From Meiothermus sp. (lineage in GTDB: Bacteria > Deinococcota > Deinococci > Deinococcales > Thermaceae), in the NCBI GenBank assembly GCA_033762915.1, contig JANRLD010000003.1, positions 1-39,472 of the forward strand: a stretch of DNA of 39,472 bases, given 5' to 3'. The position numbers were made by a program, and so were the translations under genes. The notes below the pieces were generated by a model that did no database searches, was not told the origin of the DNA, and saw only the letters and a list, made by a program, of their open reading frames with translations. Positions 17,745 through 27,878 of the stretch are shown here, in pieces (position 1 is the stretch's first letter; every line of letters begins with the position of its first letter).

Positions 17745-19343
17745 ATGAACCGCCAAGAACACCTCCAACAACTCTCCACCCAGACCTTTGACCTGCTGGT
17801 GATCGGGGGCGGGGCCAGCGGGGCGGGAGTGGCGCTGGACGCCGCCTCGAGGGGGCTCAAGGTCGCACTGGTCGAGCGGGGGGACTTTGCCGAGGGCACC
17901 AGCAGCCGGAGCACCAAGCTGATCCACGGGGGGGTGCGGTACCTCGAGATCGCCGTCAAAACCTTCGACCGGGTGCAGCTTAACCTGGTCAGGGACGCGC
18001 TGCACGAGCGGGCCACCATGCTCCGGCTGGCCCCCCACCTCTCCCGCCCGCTCTGGCTGATTACACCGCTGTACAAGCTGTGGGAAGTGCCGTATTACTA
18101 CGCCGGCCTGAAAATTTACGACCTGCTGGCCGGGGGAGCCCGGCTACAGCCCGCGCAGTTCATCAACGCCGCCGGGACGCTCGAGCGCTTCCCCTCCGTA
18201 GTGCCCTCCGGCCTCAAGGGCGCAGTGGCCTACCAGGACGGGCAGTTCGACGACGCGCGCTACAACGTCGAGCTGGCCCTTACCGCCGCCTGGCAGGGCG
18301 CGACGGTGGTGAACTACGCCGAGGTCACGGCGCTGCACAAGACCGACGGGCGGGTGAGCGGGGCCACTGTCAAAGATCGGCTGGGCGGCCAGGAGTATGA
18401 GGTGCGGGCCAAGGTGGTGGTGAACACCACCGGGCCGTTCTCCGACGGCATCCGTCAGATGGACGACCCCCAAACGGTGCCCCTGGTTAAGGCCAGCTCG
18501 GGGATTCATATCGTGCTGGACAAGAAGTACAGCCCCCCCGACTCCGGGCTGCTGATCCCCAAAACCGAGGACGGTCGGGTGGTTTTCGTGCTGCCCTGGC
18601 TGGGCGGAACCCTGATTGGCACCACCGACGACCCTGCCCCGATCGTCGAGCGCCCCAAGGTGAGCGAGGAGGAGATTGGGTACGTGCTGCGGCAGGTTGA
18701 GCCCTATTTGGGCAAGATTCCCCGCGAGGCGGTGCGCTCGAGCTGGTCCGGCCTGCGCCCGCTGGTCAGCCGGCCCGAGGCCGACACCGCCAAGCTGGCC
18801 AGGGACCACCTGATCCAGGAAAGCCCCTCCGGCCTGCTGACCTTAACCGGCGGCAAGTGGACCACCTACCGCAAGATGGCCCTGGATCTGGTCAACTACG
18901 CCATCGCCCGCTTCGAGCTGAAAGCCGGCGCTACCCGCACCGAGAACATCAAGCTGGTGGGCGGGGCCACCTTCGACAAGAATGGGGCCAAGGCCCTCGA
19001 GGCTCAGGGCTTCCTGCCCGACGTCGCACTGCACCTTAACCAGTCTTACGGCGGACGCGCCCCCGAGGTGGCTCAGCTGGCCCAGAACGGCCTGCAGGCC
19101 CGCCTCGCCGCAGAGTGGCCCTACCTCGAGGCCGAGGTGGTCTACGCGGCCCGCCACGAATCCGCCCAGACCCCCCTCGACGTACTGGCCCGGCGCACAC
19201 GGCTGGCCTTCCTGGACACCGCAGCCGCGCTGGCCTCGGCGCCCCGGGTGGCCGAGCTGATGGGTCAGGAGAAGGGCTGGACGGCCGAGCAGGTTCAGCT
19301 CTGGACAGAAAAAACCAAGGGCCAGATCTTGAGCGCAATCTAG
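17745..19343 (+). CDS. glpD: FAD-dependent glycerol-3-phosphate dehydrogenase
   Basis: GGGASG, GTSSRSTKLIHGGVRYL, GTTD, GGKWTTYR and RRTRL motifs. Confidence 0.93.
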   Translation: MNRQEHLQQLSTQTFDLLVIGGGASGAGVALDAASRGLKVALVERGDFAEGTSSRSTKLIHGGVRYLEIAVKTFDRVQLNLVRDALHERATMLRLAPHLSRPLWLITPLYKLWEVPYYYAGLKIYDLLAGGARLQPAQFINAAGTLERFPSVVPSGLKGAVAYQDGQFDDARYNVELALTAAWQGATVVNYAEVTALHKTDGRVSGATVKDRLGGQEYEVRAKVVVNTTGPFSDGIRQMDDPQTVPLVKASSGIHIVLDKKYSPPDSGLLIPKTEDGRVVFVLPWLGGTLIGTTDDPAPIVERPKVSEEEIGYVLRQVEPYLGKIPREAVRSSWSGLRPLVSRPEADTAKLARDHLIQESPSGLLTLTGGKWTTYRKMALDLVNYAIARFELKAGATRTENIKLVGGATFDKNGAKALEAQGFLPDVALHLNQSYGGRAPEVAQLAQNGLQARLAAEWPYLEAEVVYAARHESAQTPLDVLARRTRLAFLDTAAALASAPRVAELMGQEKGWTAEQVQLWTEKTKGQILSAI

Positions 19344-19345
19344 CC

Positions 19346-20263
19346 ATGCGCAGCCTCGAGCTCTCCTTCACCGGGCCGGCCACCTTCCTCAAGGCACCCC
19401 ACCGCCCGCTGTCCGAGCCCTGGCGGGCCGACGTGGGCTTCCTGGGCCTGCCCTACGACTTCGCGGTGGGGTATAGGCCGGGAGCCCGGTTTGCCCCCAA
19501 CGCCCTGCGCGAGGCCAGCGGCCGCTACGCGGTCGGGTCGGAGGGTTATTTCGACCCCGAGACCGAGACCCACCGCCTGCAAAACGTTGGCCTGGCAGAC
19601 GCAGGCGACGTAGACCCAGCCCAGCTCGAGTACACCGAGAGCTTCCGGCGCACTACCGCGGCAGCCAGAGAACTGCGTAAACGGGTCCGGCTCCCGGTAT
19701 TCGTGGGCGGCGACCACTCGGTGACCTACCCGGTTCTGAGGGCCTACGACGATCTCGAAGAGCTCTACGTGGTCCAGCTCGACGCGCACCTGGACTATTC
19801 GGACTCGAGGAACGCCACCCGGTTTGCCAACAGCAGCCCCTTCCGCCGCGCCGTGGAGGATGTGCCAGGGATAAAGCACATCACCGTGATTGGGCTGCGC
19901 GGCCTGCGGGCCAACCTCGAGGCGTTTCAGGCGGCACGGGCCCGGGGCCACACCCTGGTCAGCGCCCGAAAAGTCCGCGATAACCTGCCCTGGGTGCTGG
20001 GGCAGTTGCCCGCGGGCAAGAAGGTGTATATCAGCCTAGACGCCGACGTGCTCGACCCCTCGATCCTGCCCGGGACCAGCAGCCCGGAGGTCGAGGGGCT
20101 GACCTACGGCGAAGCGATAGCGGTCCTTGCAGAAACCATTCGGCGCAACGAGTTGGTGGGCTTCGATCTGGTCGAACTCGCGCCCAACCTGGACGGCAGC
20201 GGGCTGAGCGCGCTGGTCGGGGCGCGGCTGCTGGCCGAAGTGTTATGCGAATGGTCGGGGTAG
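19346..20263 (+). CDS. Ureohydrolase (agmatinase-like; probable formimidoylglutamase by context)
   Basis: GGDHS, DAHLD, SLDADVLDP; NSSPF replaces HGTPF; adjacent to hut genes. Confidence 0.85.
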   Translation: MRSLELSFTGPATFLKAPHRPLSEPWRADVGFLGLPYDFAVGYRPGARFAPNALREASGRYAVGSEGYFDPETETHRLQNVGLADAGDVDPAQLEYTESFRRTTAAARELRKRVRLPVFVGGDHSVTYPVLRAYDDLEELYVVQLDAHLDYSDSRNATRFANSSPFRRAVEDVPGIKHITVIGLRGLRANLEAFQAARARGHTLVSARKVRDNLPWVLGQLPAGKKVYISLDADVLDPSILPGTSSPEVEGLTYGEAIAVLAETIRRNELVGFDLVELAPNLDGSGLSALVGARLLAEVLCEWSG

Positions 20264-20276
20264 AGCGGCCTTGCTC

Positions 20277-20341
20277 ACAGCAGTTCCCACGAATACCCCA
20301 CACATCCGAGTCTCTGCGTGCGGGGTATTCGTGGGAACCGC
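20277..20341. repeat. Second copy of the CAGC(G/A)GTTCCCAC element; 17-bp perfect stem between convergent genes
   Basis: GTTCCCACGAATACCCC / GGGGTATTCGTGGGAAC. Confidence 0.75.
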
Positions 20342-20343
20342 CC

Positions 20344-21177
20344 TTAGGCCCCAACCCGCCTCCAGAACTCTCGCCACACCTCCGATTCGGTGTCCATCAG
20401 CGGCTCGAGGATGTCGAAATGGTGGCGGCCTTCAATCTCGAGCGAGGGGGTCGCGACGGCGGGCCAGGCCGGGAGCAAGATTCGGCTCTGGCGCTTAAAC
20501 TCCTCGGACTCCAGCGCCCCCGCCCCCACCACCAACGGCACCTCCAGGCGGGGGCTCAGAAGGGCGGGGCTGAGGGCCGCGACCTGCGGGGGGTCAAGCC
20601 GCAGGTCGGCATTGATCGCAAGGGACAGCAGCGGCTCGAGGTCGAACAGCCCCGACAGCGCAATGCCGCCCACGATGGCCCCCTCCGGCAGGCCGTAGGC
20701 GGCCCAGTCGGCGGTGTAGAGCATCGCGGTCAGATGTGCGCCCGCCGAGTGGCCGCAGACCATCAGACGGCTGGGGTCGGCCCCGTAGGCGCCCGCGTGG
20801 CGGTGCAGCCAGGCCACTCCCCGGCGGCACTGCTCGACGATCTCCCCCATCGGCACTACTGGGCAGAGCGCGTAGTTAAGCACGGCCACGTCAAAGCCCG
20901 CCTCGATCAGGCTGGGGGCCACGAAGCTGAAGTCGCTCTTGTCGAAAGCCCGCCAGTATCCCCCGTGGATGAAGACCACCAGCCCTCGAGCCCGCCCTGC
21001 CACAAACAGATCAAGCCGCTCGCCGGGGTGGGGGCCATAGGCCAAGTCGAGGTGCCCCTTCAGCTTTTCGCGGGCGGCAGCAGAGTCGGCCGGCCAGGCG
21101 GCGAAGTATTCGGTGTGGTTGGGGACGCTCAGGCGCGGGCTGTACTCGCGCTCGAGCCGCTCGGTGTCGGGTGTCAT
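20344..21177 (-). CDS. Alpha/beta hydrolase, arylformamidase (kynurenine formamidase-like)
   Basis: EYSPRL, FIHGGYW, GHSAGAHL, SGLFDL and HHF motifs. Confidence 0.85.
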   Translation of the reverse strand: MTPDTERLEREYSPRLSVPNHTEYFAAWPADSAAAREKLKGHLDLAYGPHPGERLDLFVAGRARGLVVFIHGGYWRAFDKSDFSFVAPSLIEAGFDVAVLNYALCPVVPMGEIVEQCRRGVAWLHRHAGAYGADPSRLMVCGHSAGAHLTAMLYTADWAAYGLPEGAIVGGIALSGLFDLEPLLSLAINADLRLDPPQVAALSPALLSPRLEVPLVVGAGALESEEFKRQSRILLPAWPAVATPSLEIEGRHHFDILEPLMDTESEVWREFWRRVGA

Positions 21178-21356
21178 TTTCACCTCGAGCGCAGCTTACC
21201 GCACCCACCGGCTTTAAGTGTCTGCATAGTTGCAGTGAGGATTGTCGCCCACCAGCTCCCGCAGGGGATTGCGCCTCGGGTAGCCGCTCTGCCCTGGCAC
21301 GTCGTTGCCGCTTCCACCGATTCCGCAAATCCACCCTGACGCAACTTAGGCGGGCC

Positions 21357-22544
21357 TCAGCCGCCGCGCGCCTCGGTTCCGGCGACATAGACCGCCCGCA
21401 CGGGGGACTGTCCCCAGCGGTACAGCCCCTCGAGGGCGTTCTGCGAGTCCATCACCACGAAGTCGGCTCGAGCCCCCACCTCCAGCCGCCCCAGGTCGGG
21501 CCGGCCCAGGGCCAGCCCCGCGTTGGCGGTATGGGCGACCAGGGCCTCCTCGGCCGAAAGGCGGCCCAGGCTGATGGTCAGCTGCATCCCCAGCCAGGGG
21601 CTGTAGAGCGGGCTGCTGCCGGGGTTGTGGTCGGTGGCGATGGCGACCCGCACCCCCGCGTCCCACATGGCCCGGGCGTCCGGGAAGGGCTTGCGCAGGA
21701 TGACGGCGGCGCCAGGGAGCACAGTCCCCACCGTGCCCGACCTTGCCAGCGCGGCCCAGTCGTCCGGGCCGGACTGCTCGAGGTGGTCGGCGGAGAGGGC
21801 CCCCAGTTCCGCCGCGAGGCGGGCGGCCCCGGTGTGGGCGATCTGCTCGGCGTGGAGCTTGACCTTGAGCTTGTGAGCCAGGGCTGCCTCGAGAATCTTC
21901 CGGCTCTCTTCCAGGGTGAAGGCCCCTTGGTCGCAGAACACATCTACCGACTCGGCCAGCCCGGCCCTGGCCACCTCGGGGATGAGTTCCCGGCAGAACA
22001 TCTGCACGTAGGCCGGGCGCTCCCAGCCCCGGGGGATGACGTGGGCCAGCAGGGTGGGCAAGACGTGCTGGGGCAGGCCTTGCTCGAGCCGGCGGATCAC
22101 CCGCAGCATCTTGATCTCGGCCTCGGGCTCGAGGCCGTAGCCGCTTTTGATCTCGAGGGCGGTCACGCCCTGAGACAAGAAGGCTTGGGCTCGAGTTTTG
22201 GCCAATTCGTACAGCTCGCCTTCCGAGGCGGCGTCGGTGGCCCCGACGGTCGAATAGATGCCTCCGCCCGCTGCCAGGATGGCCTCGTAGCTTTCGCCCC
22301 TGGCTCGCTTAAGATACTCGCCCAGTCGGTTGCCGCCGTAGACCAGGTGGGTGTGCGCGTCCACGATACCGGGCACCACCCCGCGCCCGCCCAGGTCGGC
22401 GCGGGGCCAGGCTGCGTACTCGGCGGGCAGGCCGGACTCGGCCCCCACCCAGGCCACCCGCCCGTCTTGGACAGCCAGGGCGGCCTGCTCGAGGCGGGCC
22501 GCCGGCGTATAGAGTTCGGAAATCCCGACAAAGACCTGGTTCAT
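21357..22544 (-). CDS. hutI: Imidazolonepropionase
   Basis: DAHTHL, GGGIYST, EIKSGYGL, LHAEQ, SADHLE and ATDHNPGSS motifs. Confidence 0.95.
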   Translation of the reverse strand: MNQVFVGISELYTPAARLEQAALAVQDGRVAWVGAESGLPAEYAAWPRADLGGRGVVPGIVDAHTHLVYGGNRLGEYLKRARGESYEAILAAGGGIYSTVGATDAASEGELYELAKTRAQAFLSQGVTALEIKSGYGLEPEAEIKMLRVIRRLEQGLPQHVLPTLLAHVIPRGWERPAYVQMFCRELIPEVARAGLAESVDVFCDQGAFTLEESRKILEAALAHKLKVKLHAEQIAHTGAARLAAELGALSADHLEQSGPDDWAALARSGTVGTVLPGAAVILRKPFPDARAMWDAGVRVAIATDHNPGSSPLYSPWLGMQLTISLGRLSAEEALVAHTANAGLALGRPDLGRLEVGARADFVVMDSQNALEGLYRWGQSPVRAVYVAGTEARGG

Positions 22545-22574
22545 GGCTGCCTCGGTTCCATTGCTAGGGGTGAA

Positions 22575-24224
22575 TTAGGGCTCGGCTTCCCAGCCTGCGA
22601 GGTCTACGCCGCGGTCTCGAGCCACCTGCTTGGCCTCCTCGTACCCGGCGTGGGCGTGGCGCATCACACCAGTTCCGGGGTCGTTGGTGAGGACGCGCTC
22701 GAGGCGGTAGGCGGCCTCTTCGGAGCCGTCGGCGACCGTGACCTGGCCCGAGTGGAGGCTGTACCCCATCCCCACCCCGCCGCCGTGGTGGAAGCTGACC
22801 CAGGCCGCGCCCGAGACCGCGTTGAGGGCGAAGTTGAGGATGGGCCAGTCGGCCACCGCGTCCGAGCCGTCCAGCATGGCCTCGGTCTCCCGGTAAGGCG
22901 AGGCCACAGAGCCGGAGTCCAGGTGGTCGCGCCCGATCACCACTGGGGCCTCGAGTTGGCCCTCCCTCACCATGCGGTTGAACATCAGCCCGGCCTGGTC
23001 GCGCTCTCCGTAGCCCACCCAGCAGATGCGGGCGGGCAGGCCCTGGAACTTGAACTTTTTCACCCCCTCTTTCAGCCAGCGGTGAAGGCCCGCGTCGTCC
23101 GGGAACAGCTCGAGCATGGCCCGGTCGGTCTTGTAGATGTCCTCCGGCTTGCCCGACAGGGCCACCCAGCGGAACGGCCCGCGACCCTCACAGAACTGAT
23201 CGCGGATGAAGGCCGGCACGAATCCAGGGTAGCCGAAGGCCTCCTCGAGGCCCCCCAGCTTGGCAAAGGCCCGCAGGTTGTTGCCGTAGTCGAAGGCGAC
23301 AGCGCCGCGCTTTTGCAGCTCGAGGATGGCCCGGCAGTGGGTGGCCATGGCCTCGAGCACTCTGGCCCGGTACCCCTCGGGGTCGGCCGTGCGCAAGGCG
23401 GCGGGGTCCTCGTCGGCGCGCAGCACTGGGATGTAGCCGTAGAGCGGGTCGTGGGCGCTGGTCTGGTCGGTGACCAGTTCGGGGGTGAAGCCCTGGCGCA
23501 CCATCTCGGGCAGCACTTCGGCCGTGTTGCCCAACAGGCCAATGGAGAGCGGCCGGCCCTCCTGCTTGGCCTCCTCGGCAAGCCTCAGGGCCTCGGCCAG
23601 GGAGTCGGCCCGAACGTCGAGGTAGGCGGTGTCCAGCCGGCGCTGAATCCGCTCGGGGTCGATCTCCACGCAGACCGCCACGCCCCCGCAAAGCGTCACC
23701 GCCAGGGGCTGTGCCCCGCCCATACCGCCTAGACCACCTGTGACCGTGATGGTGCCCTGCAGCGAGCCACCGAAGTGCTTGCGTGCGGCGGCCGCGAAGG
23801 TCTCGTAGGTGCCCTGCAAGATGCCCTGGGTGCCGATGTAGATCCAGCTCCCGGCGGTCATCTGGCCGTACATCATTAGGCCCAGCTTGTCCAGCCGGTC
23901 GAACTCTTCCCAGGTGGCCCACTTGGGCACCAGGTTGGAGTTGGCCAGGATCACTCGAGGCGCCAGGGGCTGGGTGCGAAATACCCCCACCGCCCGCCCG
24001 GACTGCACCAGCAGGGTCTCGTCGTTCTCCAGCCGCTCCAGCGCCGCCAGAATCCGCTGTAGGTCTTGAGGACTGCGGGCGGCCTTGCCGCGCCCGCCGT
24101 AGACGATCAGCTCTTCGGGACGCTCGGCCACCTCGGCGTCCAGGTTGTTGAGGAGCATCCGCTTGGCGGCCTCCTGAATCCAGCCTTTGGCGGTGCGATT
24201 GGGGCCTCGAGGGGCTGTATACAT
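22575..24224 (-). CDS. hutU: Urocanate hydratase
   Basis: [38 protein letters not shown]. Start at ATG 24224 (AGGAG RBS) gives 549 aa. Confidence 0.96.
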   Translation of the reverse strand: MYTAPRGPNRTAKGWIQEAAKRMLLNNLDAEVAERPEELIVYGGRGKAARSPQDLQRILAALERLENDETLLVQSGRAVGVFRTQPLAPRVILANSNLVPKWATWEEFDRLDKLGLMMYGQMTAGSWIYIGTQGILQGTYETFAAAARKHFGGSLQGTITVTGGLGGMGGAQPLAVTLCGGVAVCVEIDPERIQRRLDTAYLDVRADSLAEALRLAEEAKQEGRPLSIGLLGNTAEVLPEMVRQGFTPELVTDQTSAHDPLYGYIPVLRADEDPAALRTADPEGYRARVLEAMATHCRAILELQKRGAVAFDYGNNLRAFAKLGGLEEAFGYPGFVPAFIRDQFCEGRGPFRWVALSGKPEDIYKTDRAMLELFPDDAGLHRWLKEGVKKFKFQGLPARICWVGYGERDQAGLMFNRMVREGQLEAPVVIGRDHLDSGSVASPYRETEAMLDGSDAVADWPILNFALNAVSGAAWVSFHHGGGVGMGYSLHSGQVTVADGSEEAAYRLERVLTNDPGTGVMRHAHAGYEEAKQVARDRGVDLAGWEAEP

Positions 24225-24226
24225 AA
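24216..24226 (-). promoter_or_regulatory. HutC-like operator overlapping the hutU start codon
   Basis: TTATGTATACA matches TTGTGTATACA upstream of hutH at 10/11 positions. Confidence 0.5.
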
Positions 24227-24471
24227 GGTTCTCCTGTGGGTCTAAAGCTGTGGCAAAGGGGCTTGCGAGGTCCTCGCGAGGGCTCCGGTGGCGTCCAGTC
24301 TGGGGTGGAATCCCCGGAGCGCCCCAAAGCGCCGCAGCCCGTGCAGCACCGCGCCCGCAGTCGGCCGACTCTTCGACGGCAGTCTGCGCTTCGTTCGCGG
24401 GCACAGCCTTGGTGCGCTTATAGTATCAGCCGATCGCGCCGCCGCTGGTGCCTGCTGCGCGCTGAGTAAAC

Positions 24472-24514
24472 GGACAGCGGTTCCCACCCCTACTCCCTAA
24501 AGCAGAAACCGCTG
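24472..24514. repeat. Short third copy of the CAGCGGTTCCCAC element
   Basis: GGACAGCGGTTCCCACCC is identical to 5599-5616; closes with GAAACCGCTG. Confidence 0.6.
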
Positions 24515-24595
24515 AAGGGAGTACATTACCTGCCGCGAGGGAGGTACTAATGGAAACGCGATGAGCGGCAGGAGTTGCGGGGTGATGCGTGGCCT

Positions 24596-27500
24596 TCAGA
24601 GGGTCTCGAGCAGCGTGGCTATCTGCCGCAAATCCCGGTGGGGGGCCTGGGCCTTGGCCTGGGCTAGGGCGGCGGGGGGCAGGGTCTGCTCGAGCAGACT
24701 TTGAAGCTGACGGGCCCGCACGTGGGCGAAGGGGTTGTCCTTGAGGGGCTGGCTCTGGACGTAGCTGACCAGCTCGGCGGCGGGCTGGGAGCGGCCTTGC
24801 GCGGCCAGCAGGTCGGCGACGGCCATCAGCAGGTCGGACTGGGTGTCGTTGCCCTGAATCTCCAGCAAGGTCTGATGGCTGCGGGCCAAGGCCCCTCGAG
24901 CCTCTTCCAGTCTGCCCTCGAGGGCGGCCAGGTGGCCCAGCTCTACCCGCGCGGCCTGGATCCCGGTCATGTGGCCGCTCTGCTCGAATAGCTCGAGGGC
25001 CGCCCGGTGGTGCAGGGTCGCGGGCTCGAGCCGACCCAGCACCAGCAGCAGGCGGGCCAGGTCGAAGTGCGTCCAGCCGAGGGCGATCTTGTCGTTCAGG
25101 GCCTGAGCCTGCTCGACCGACTGCTCCAAAAACGCCACCGCCTGCGCGTGGTCGCCCAGGAAGTAGGCGGTCTGGCCCAGGTCCTTCAGCACCCAGGCCA
25201 CCACCTCTGCGTCGCCCGCCAGGCGGCCCAGGCGGTGGGCCTCGGTCAGGCAGTCCCAGGCCCGCTCGAACTGGCGCTGCCACCAGTGGGCTTCGCCCAA
25301 GCGCCACAGGGCTCGAGCCAGGTGGGGCAGGTCGTCGGTCTGACGGTAATGGTTTAGGGCCAGCTCGGCGTAGCGCTGGGCGGGCTCGAGCTGGCCCAAG
25401 GCCCGGTGCAGCAGGCTGAGCTGAAGGTGCACCTGGGCCAGGCTGCCGACGTCGCCGAGGTCCCCGTAGAGCCGCAGCGCCCGCTGGTGGGCCTCGAGCG
25501 AGTGCACCATCCGCCCGGTCAGGGCGGTGGCCCGCGCCAGGGCGGTAAGGACGGAGGCGGCCTGGGCCCGCAGGCCCGAGCGCTCGAAAAAAGCCGCCGC
25601 CTGCTCCAGCAGGGCGAAGATGTCCTCGTGGGCGTAGAGCTTGCTGGCCTCCTCTGCCGCCGCTAGGGCGTGGGCGCTCAGGGCGGGGGCCGACTCGGCC
25701 CCCAGGGCGTGCCTCAGCCGCACCGCGCCGGGGATGCTGCGCCCCTCGAGGGCCTCGAGCACCTGGGCGTGGAGGAGCGGCAGCAGCGATTCGGGGATGT
25801 TCTCCAGCACCGTCTCCAGGATCAGGTCGTGGCTGAAGCGGCCCTTGCGCAAGACCTGGGCGGTCTCGAGTTCGGCCCCCAGTCGGGCAGTCTCTGGGAC
25901 CGAAGCGCCCAGCACCTTGGCCCCCAGCTCGAGGCTGAAGTACTCGCCCAGCACCGCGGCCACCCGCGTGAGGTCTTGTGCGGGGACCGAGAGGCGCTCG
26001 AGGCGGTGCTCGATGATGGCCTGCACCCTGGGGGTGCGTCCCAGCCCCGCCACCCGGCAGCGGTTCTCGAAGCGCTCGGGGGTGAGGGTCTCGAGGCCGC
26101 CCCGCTCGCCCAGGCTGCGCACCGTCTCCAGCACGAACAGCGGGTTCCCGCCGGTGAAGCGGTGCAGGCTGGGGCCCAGCTGGTCGGAGAGCTCGAGGTC
26201 GCGCAGCATCTGGGCCACAGCCTGCGCCTCCAGAGGCCGGACCTCGATCATCACCGCCAAGCCCGCGTCCACCGCCTGCTGCAAGGTGTGTAGGAAGGGG
26301 CCGGAGAGTTCGCCAGTGCGGAAACCCAGGATTGCGCGTGGCCCGTTGGGTCCAGCAGGGAGGAGCTTGTTAAGGACGTACCAGGCCGCCTCGAGGCTGG
26401 CGTTGTCGGCGAATTGGAGGTCGTCGTAGACCAGGGCGGCGGCACCCTGGGCGAAATACAGCTGCAGGGCCTCGGCCTTGGCCTCGAGGAAGCGCAGCCG
26501 CTCGGCGTCGCTGGTGATGGGGGGCGGGGCCCCGCCCAGCCCCGGTACGATGCGGGCCAGCTCGGCCCGCACCCAGCCGGGCAGGCCCCCGCCCAGCGCC
26601 TCGCACAGCGGCCTGAAGGTGCGGGCGTGGGTTCCGTAGGGGATCAGGGCGTCGCCGGGCCGGCCCTCCCAGTGCAGGAAGCGGCCCTTGCCGGCGGCAA
26701 ACTCAGTCATCAGGCGGCTCTTTCCCACCCCCGACACCCCGTGCAGCACCACCGCCTGTCCGGCCCGCCAGGCAGCCTCCATCCGCGCCCACTCGCCCTC
26801 GCGCCCAAACAGGCGGGTCGGCTCGAGGACAGGCGGGGCCACCGTGACGGTCGCGGCCTGCGGGCTGTGGATGCGCCCCAGCAGGCTCTGGGTGTGGGCG
26901 TCGGGCTGCAAACCCAGCTCGCTGTGCAACACCCGGGCACAAAGGTTAAAGGCCTCCAGGGCCGCCGGGCGGTTCTCGGCGGCCAGGTGCAGCTCGATGA
27001 CCTGCCGGTGGGCGGCCTCGTTGAGCGGCTCGAGGCGCAAGCGGCGCTGGGCCGTCTCGAGGGCCGCCTCCAGCCGCCCCCCATCGCGCTGCACCGCCGC
27101 CTGCCGCTCCATCAGCGCGTCCAGGCGGCTGCGGGCGGTCTCGCGCTGCACCAGCAGCCAGTCCTCGAACTCCGGCGCGTCGCCCAGGTCGAAGCCCTCG
27201 AGTACCTCTCCGCGCCAGAGCCGGGCCGCCGAGCCCAGCCGCTGATCGGGGCTAGGCTCCGGGCCTCCACCAGCCAGGGCCGCCTCGAGGCGCCAGAGGT
27301 CGAGCTCGAGGTGCTGCCGCTGGAGCCCCACCGAGTCGCCCTGCACCTGCACCAGTGGGCTGGCCTCGCCCAGGTCGTCGCGCAGCCGGGCCAGCACCAT
27401 CCGCAGGTTGGCCCGCCCCTTGGCCTGATCGGACTCTGGCCATAGCAGAGCGACCAGCTTGTCGCGGGGATGAGGGCCCGGCTCCAGGGCCAGGTACACC

Positions 27501-27625
27501 AGCAGCGCCTGCTCTTTGCGGGTGCGAAAACTCAGCCGGCGCGACCCTAGCCACACCTCCAGCACCCCCAGCACCAGCAACCTTAATCGTGCAGAACGTT
27601 GTTTCGCTGGTTGCGCTTTGGTCAC
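24596..27625 (-). CDS. SARP-like transcriptional regulator: wHTH-BTAD-AAA ATPase-TPR
   Basis: ALLVYLAL..HPRDKL.ALLWPE; FEDWL; EPLNEAAHR; GVSGVGKS; DDLQFAD; TGGNPLF; C-terminal TPRs. Confidence 0.9.
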   Translation of the reverse strand: MTKAQPAKQRSARLRLLVLGVLEVWLGSRRLSFRTRKEQALLVYLALEPGPHPRDKLVALLWPESDQAKGRANLRMVLARLRDDLGEASPLVQVQGDSVGLQRQHLELDLWRLEAALAGGGPEPSPDQRLGSAARLWRGEVLEGFDLGDAPEFEDWLLVQRETARSRLDALMERQAAVQRDGGRLEAALETAQRRLRLEPLNEAAHRQVIELHLAAENRPAALEAFNLCARVLHSELGLQPDAHTQSLLGRIHSPQAATVTVAPPVLEPTRLFGREGEWARMEAAWRAGQAVVLHGVSGVGKSRLMTEFAAGKGRFLHWEGRPGDALIPYGTHARTFRPLCEALGGGLPGWVRAELARIVPGLGGAPPPITSDAERLRFLEAKAEALQLYFAQGAAALVYDDLQFADNASLEAAWYVLNKLLPAGPNGPRAILGFRTGELSGPFLHTLQQAVDAGLAVMIEVRPLEAQAVAQMLRDLELSDQLGPSLHRFTGGNPLFVLETVRSLGERGGLETLTPERFENRCRVAGLGRTPRVQAIIEHRLERLSVPAQDLTRVAAVLGEYFSLELGAKVLGASVPETARLGAELETAQVLRKGRFSHDLILETVLENIPESLLPLLHAQVLEALEGRSIPGAVRLRHALGAESAPALSAHALAAAEEASKLYAHEDIFALLEQAAAFFERSGLRAQAASVLTALARATALTGRMVHSLEAHQRALRLYGDLGDVGSLAQVHLQLSLLHRALGQLEPAQRYAELALNHYRQTDDLPHLARALWRLGEAHWWQRQFERAWDCLTEAHRLGRLAGDAEVVAWVLKDLGQTAYFLGDHAQAVAFLEQSVEQAQALNDKIALGWTHFDLARLLLVLGRLEPATLHHRAALELFEQSGHMTGIQAARVELGHLAALEGRLEEARGALARSHQTLLEIQGNDTQSDLLMAVADLLAAQGRSQPAAELVSYVQSQPLKDNPFAHVRARQLQSLLEQTLPPAALAQAKAQAPHRDLRQIATLLETL

Positions 27626-27680
27626 GGGGCCTCTCTAAGCTGGTACCAAGATTCAGGACGGGGCTAGTTCTGGGGTGGGT

Positions 27681-27878
27681 ATGTCGTACACCTACAGCGT
27701 ACCCTTAATCGAAGGCTTTCTGCTCCGCATGGGCCTGGTCGTGGGCATCGGCCCCCAGAACGCCCCCGTGTTGCGGCACGGGCTTCGCATCCAGCACCCC
27801 CTGCTGATGGCCCTCCGGTACTTGGCCACCTCGAGCCGGGTTAATGCTCGGCCAGAAGCTCGAGGGCGGCCGAACTGA
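27681..27878 (+). pseudogene. N-terminal remnant of a LysE/ArgO amino-acid exporter
   Basis: GFLLRMGLVVGIGPQNAPVLRHGLR matches the ArgO G-P/A-Q-N-A-x-V-L-R-x-G motif; similarity ends after ~45 aa. Confidence 0.7.

Noticed and set aside
21228..21346. Riboswitch upstream of the formamidase-like gene
   Set aside because: Only short imperfect pairings (AGTTGC/GCAACT, GGATT/AATCC) and no recognisable aptamer consensus.
21171..23732. 853-aa ORF on + and many similar long antisense ORFs
   Set aside because: Antisense shadows of hutI/hutU and other genes, caused by high GC3; no motifs.
24225..24404. 60-aa N-terminal extension of HutU
   Set aside because: The RBS and the ~550-aa family length support ATG 24224.
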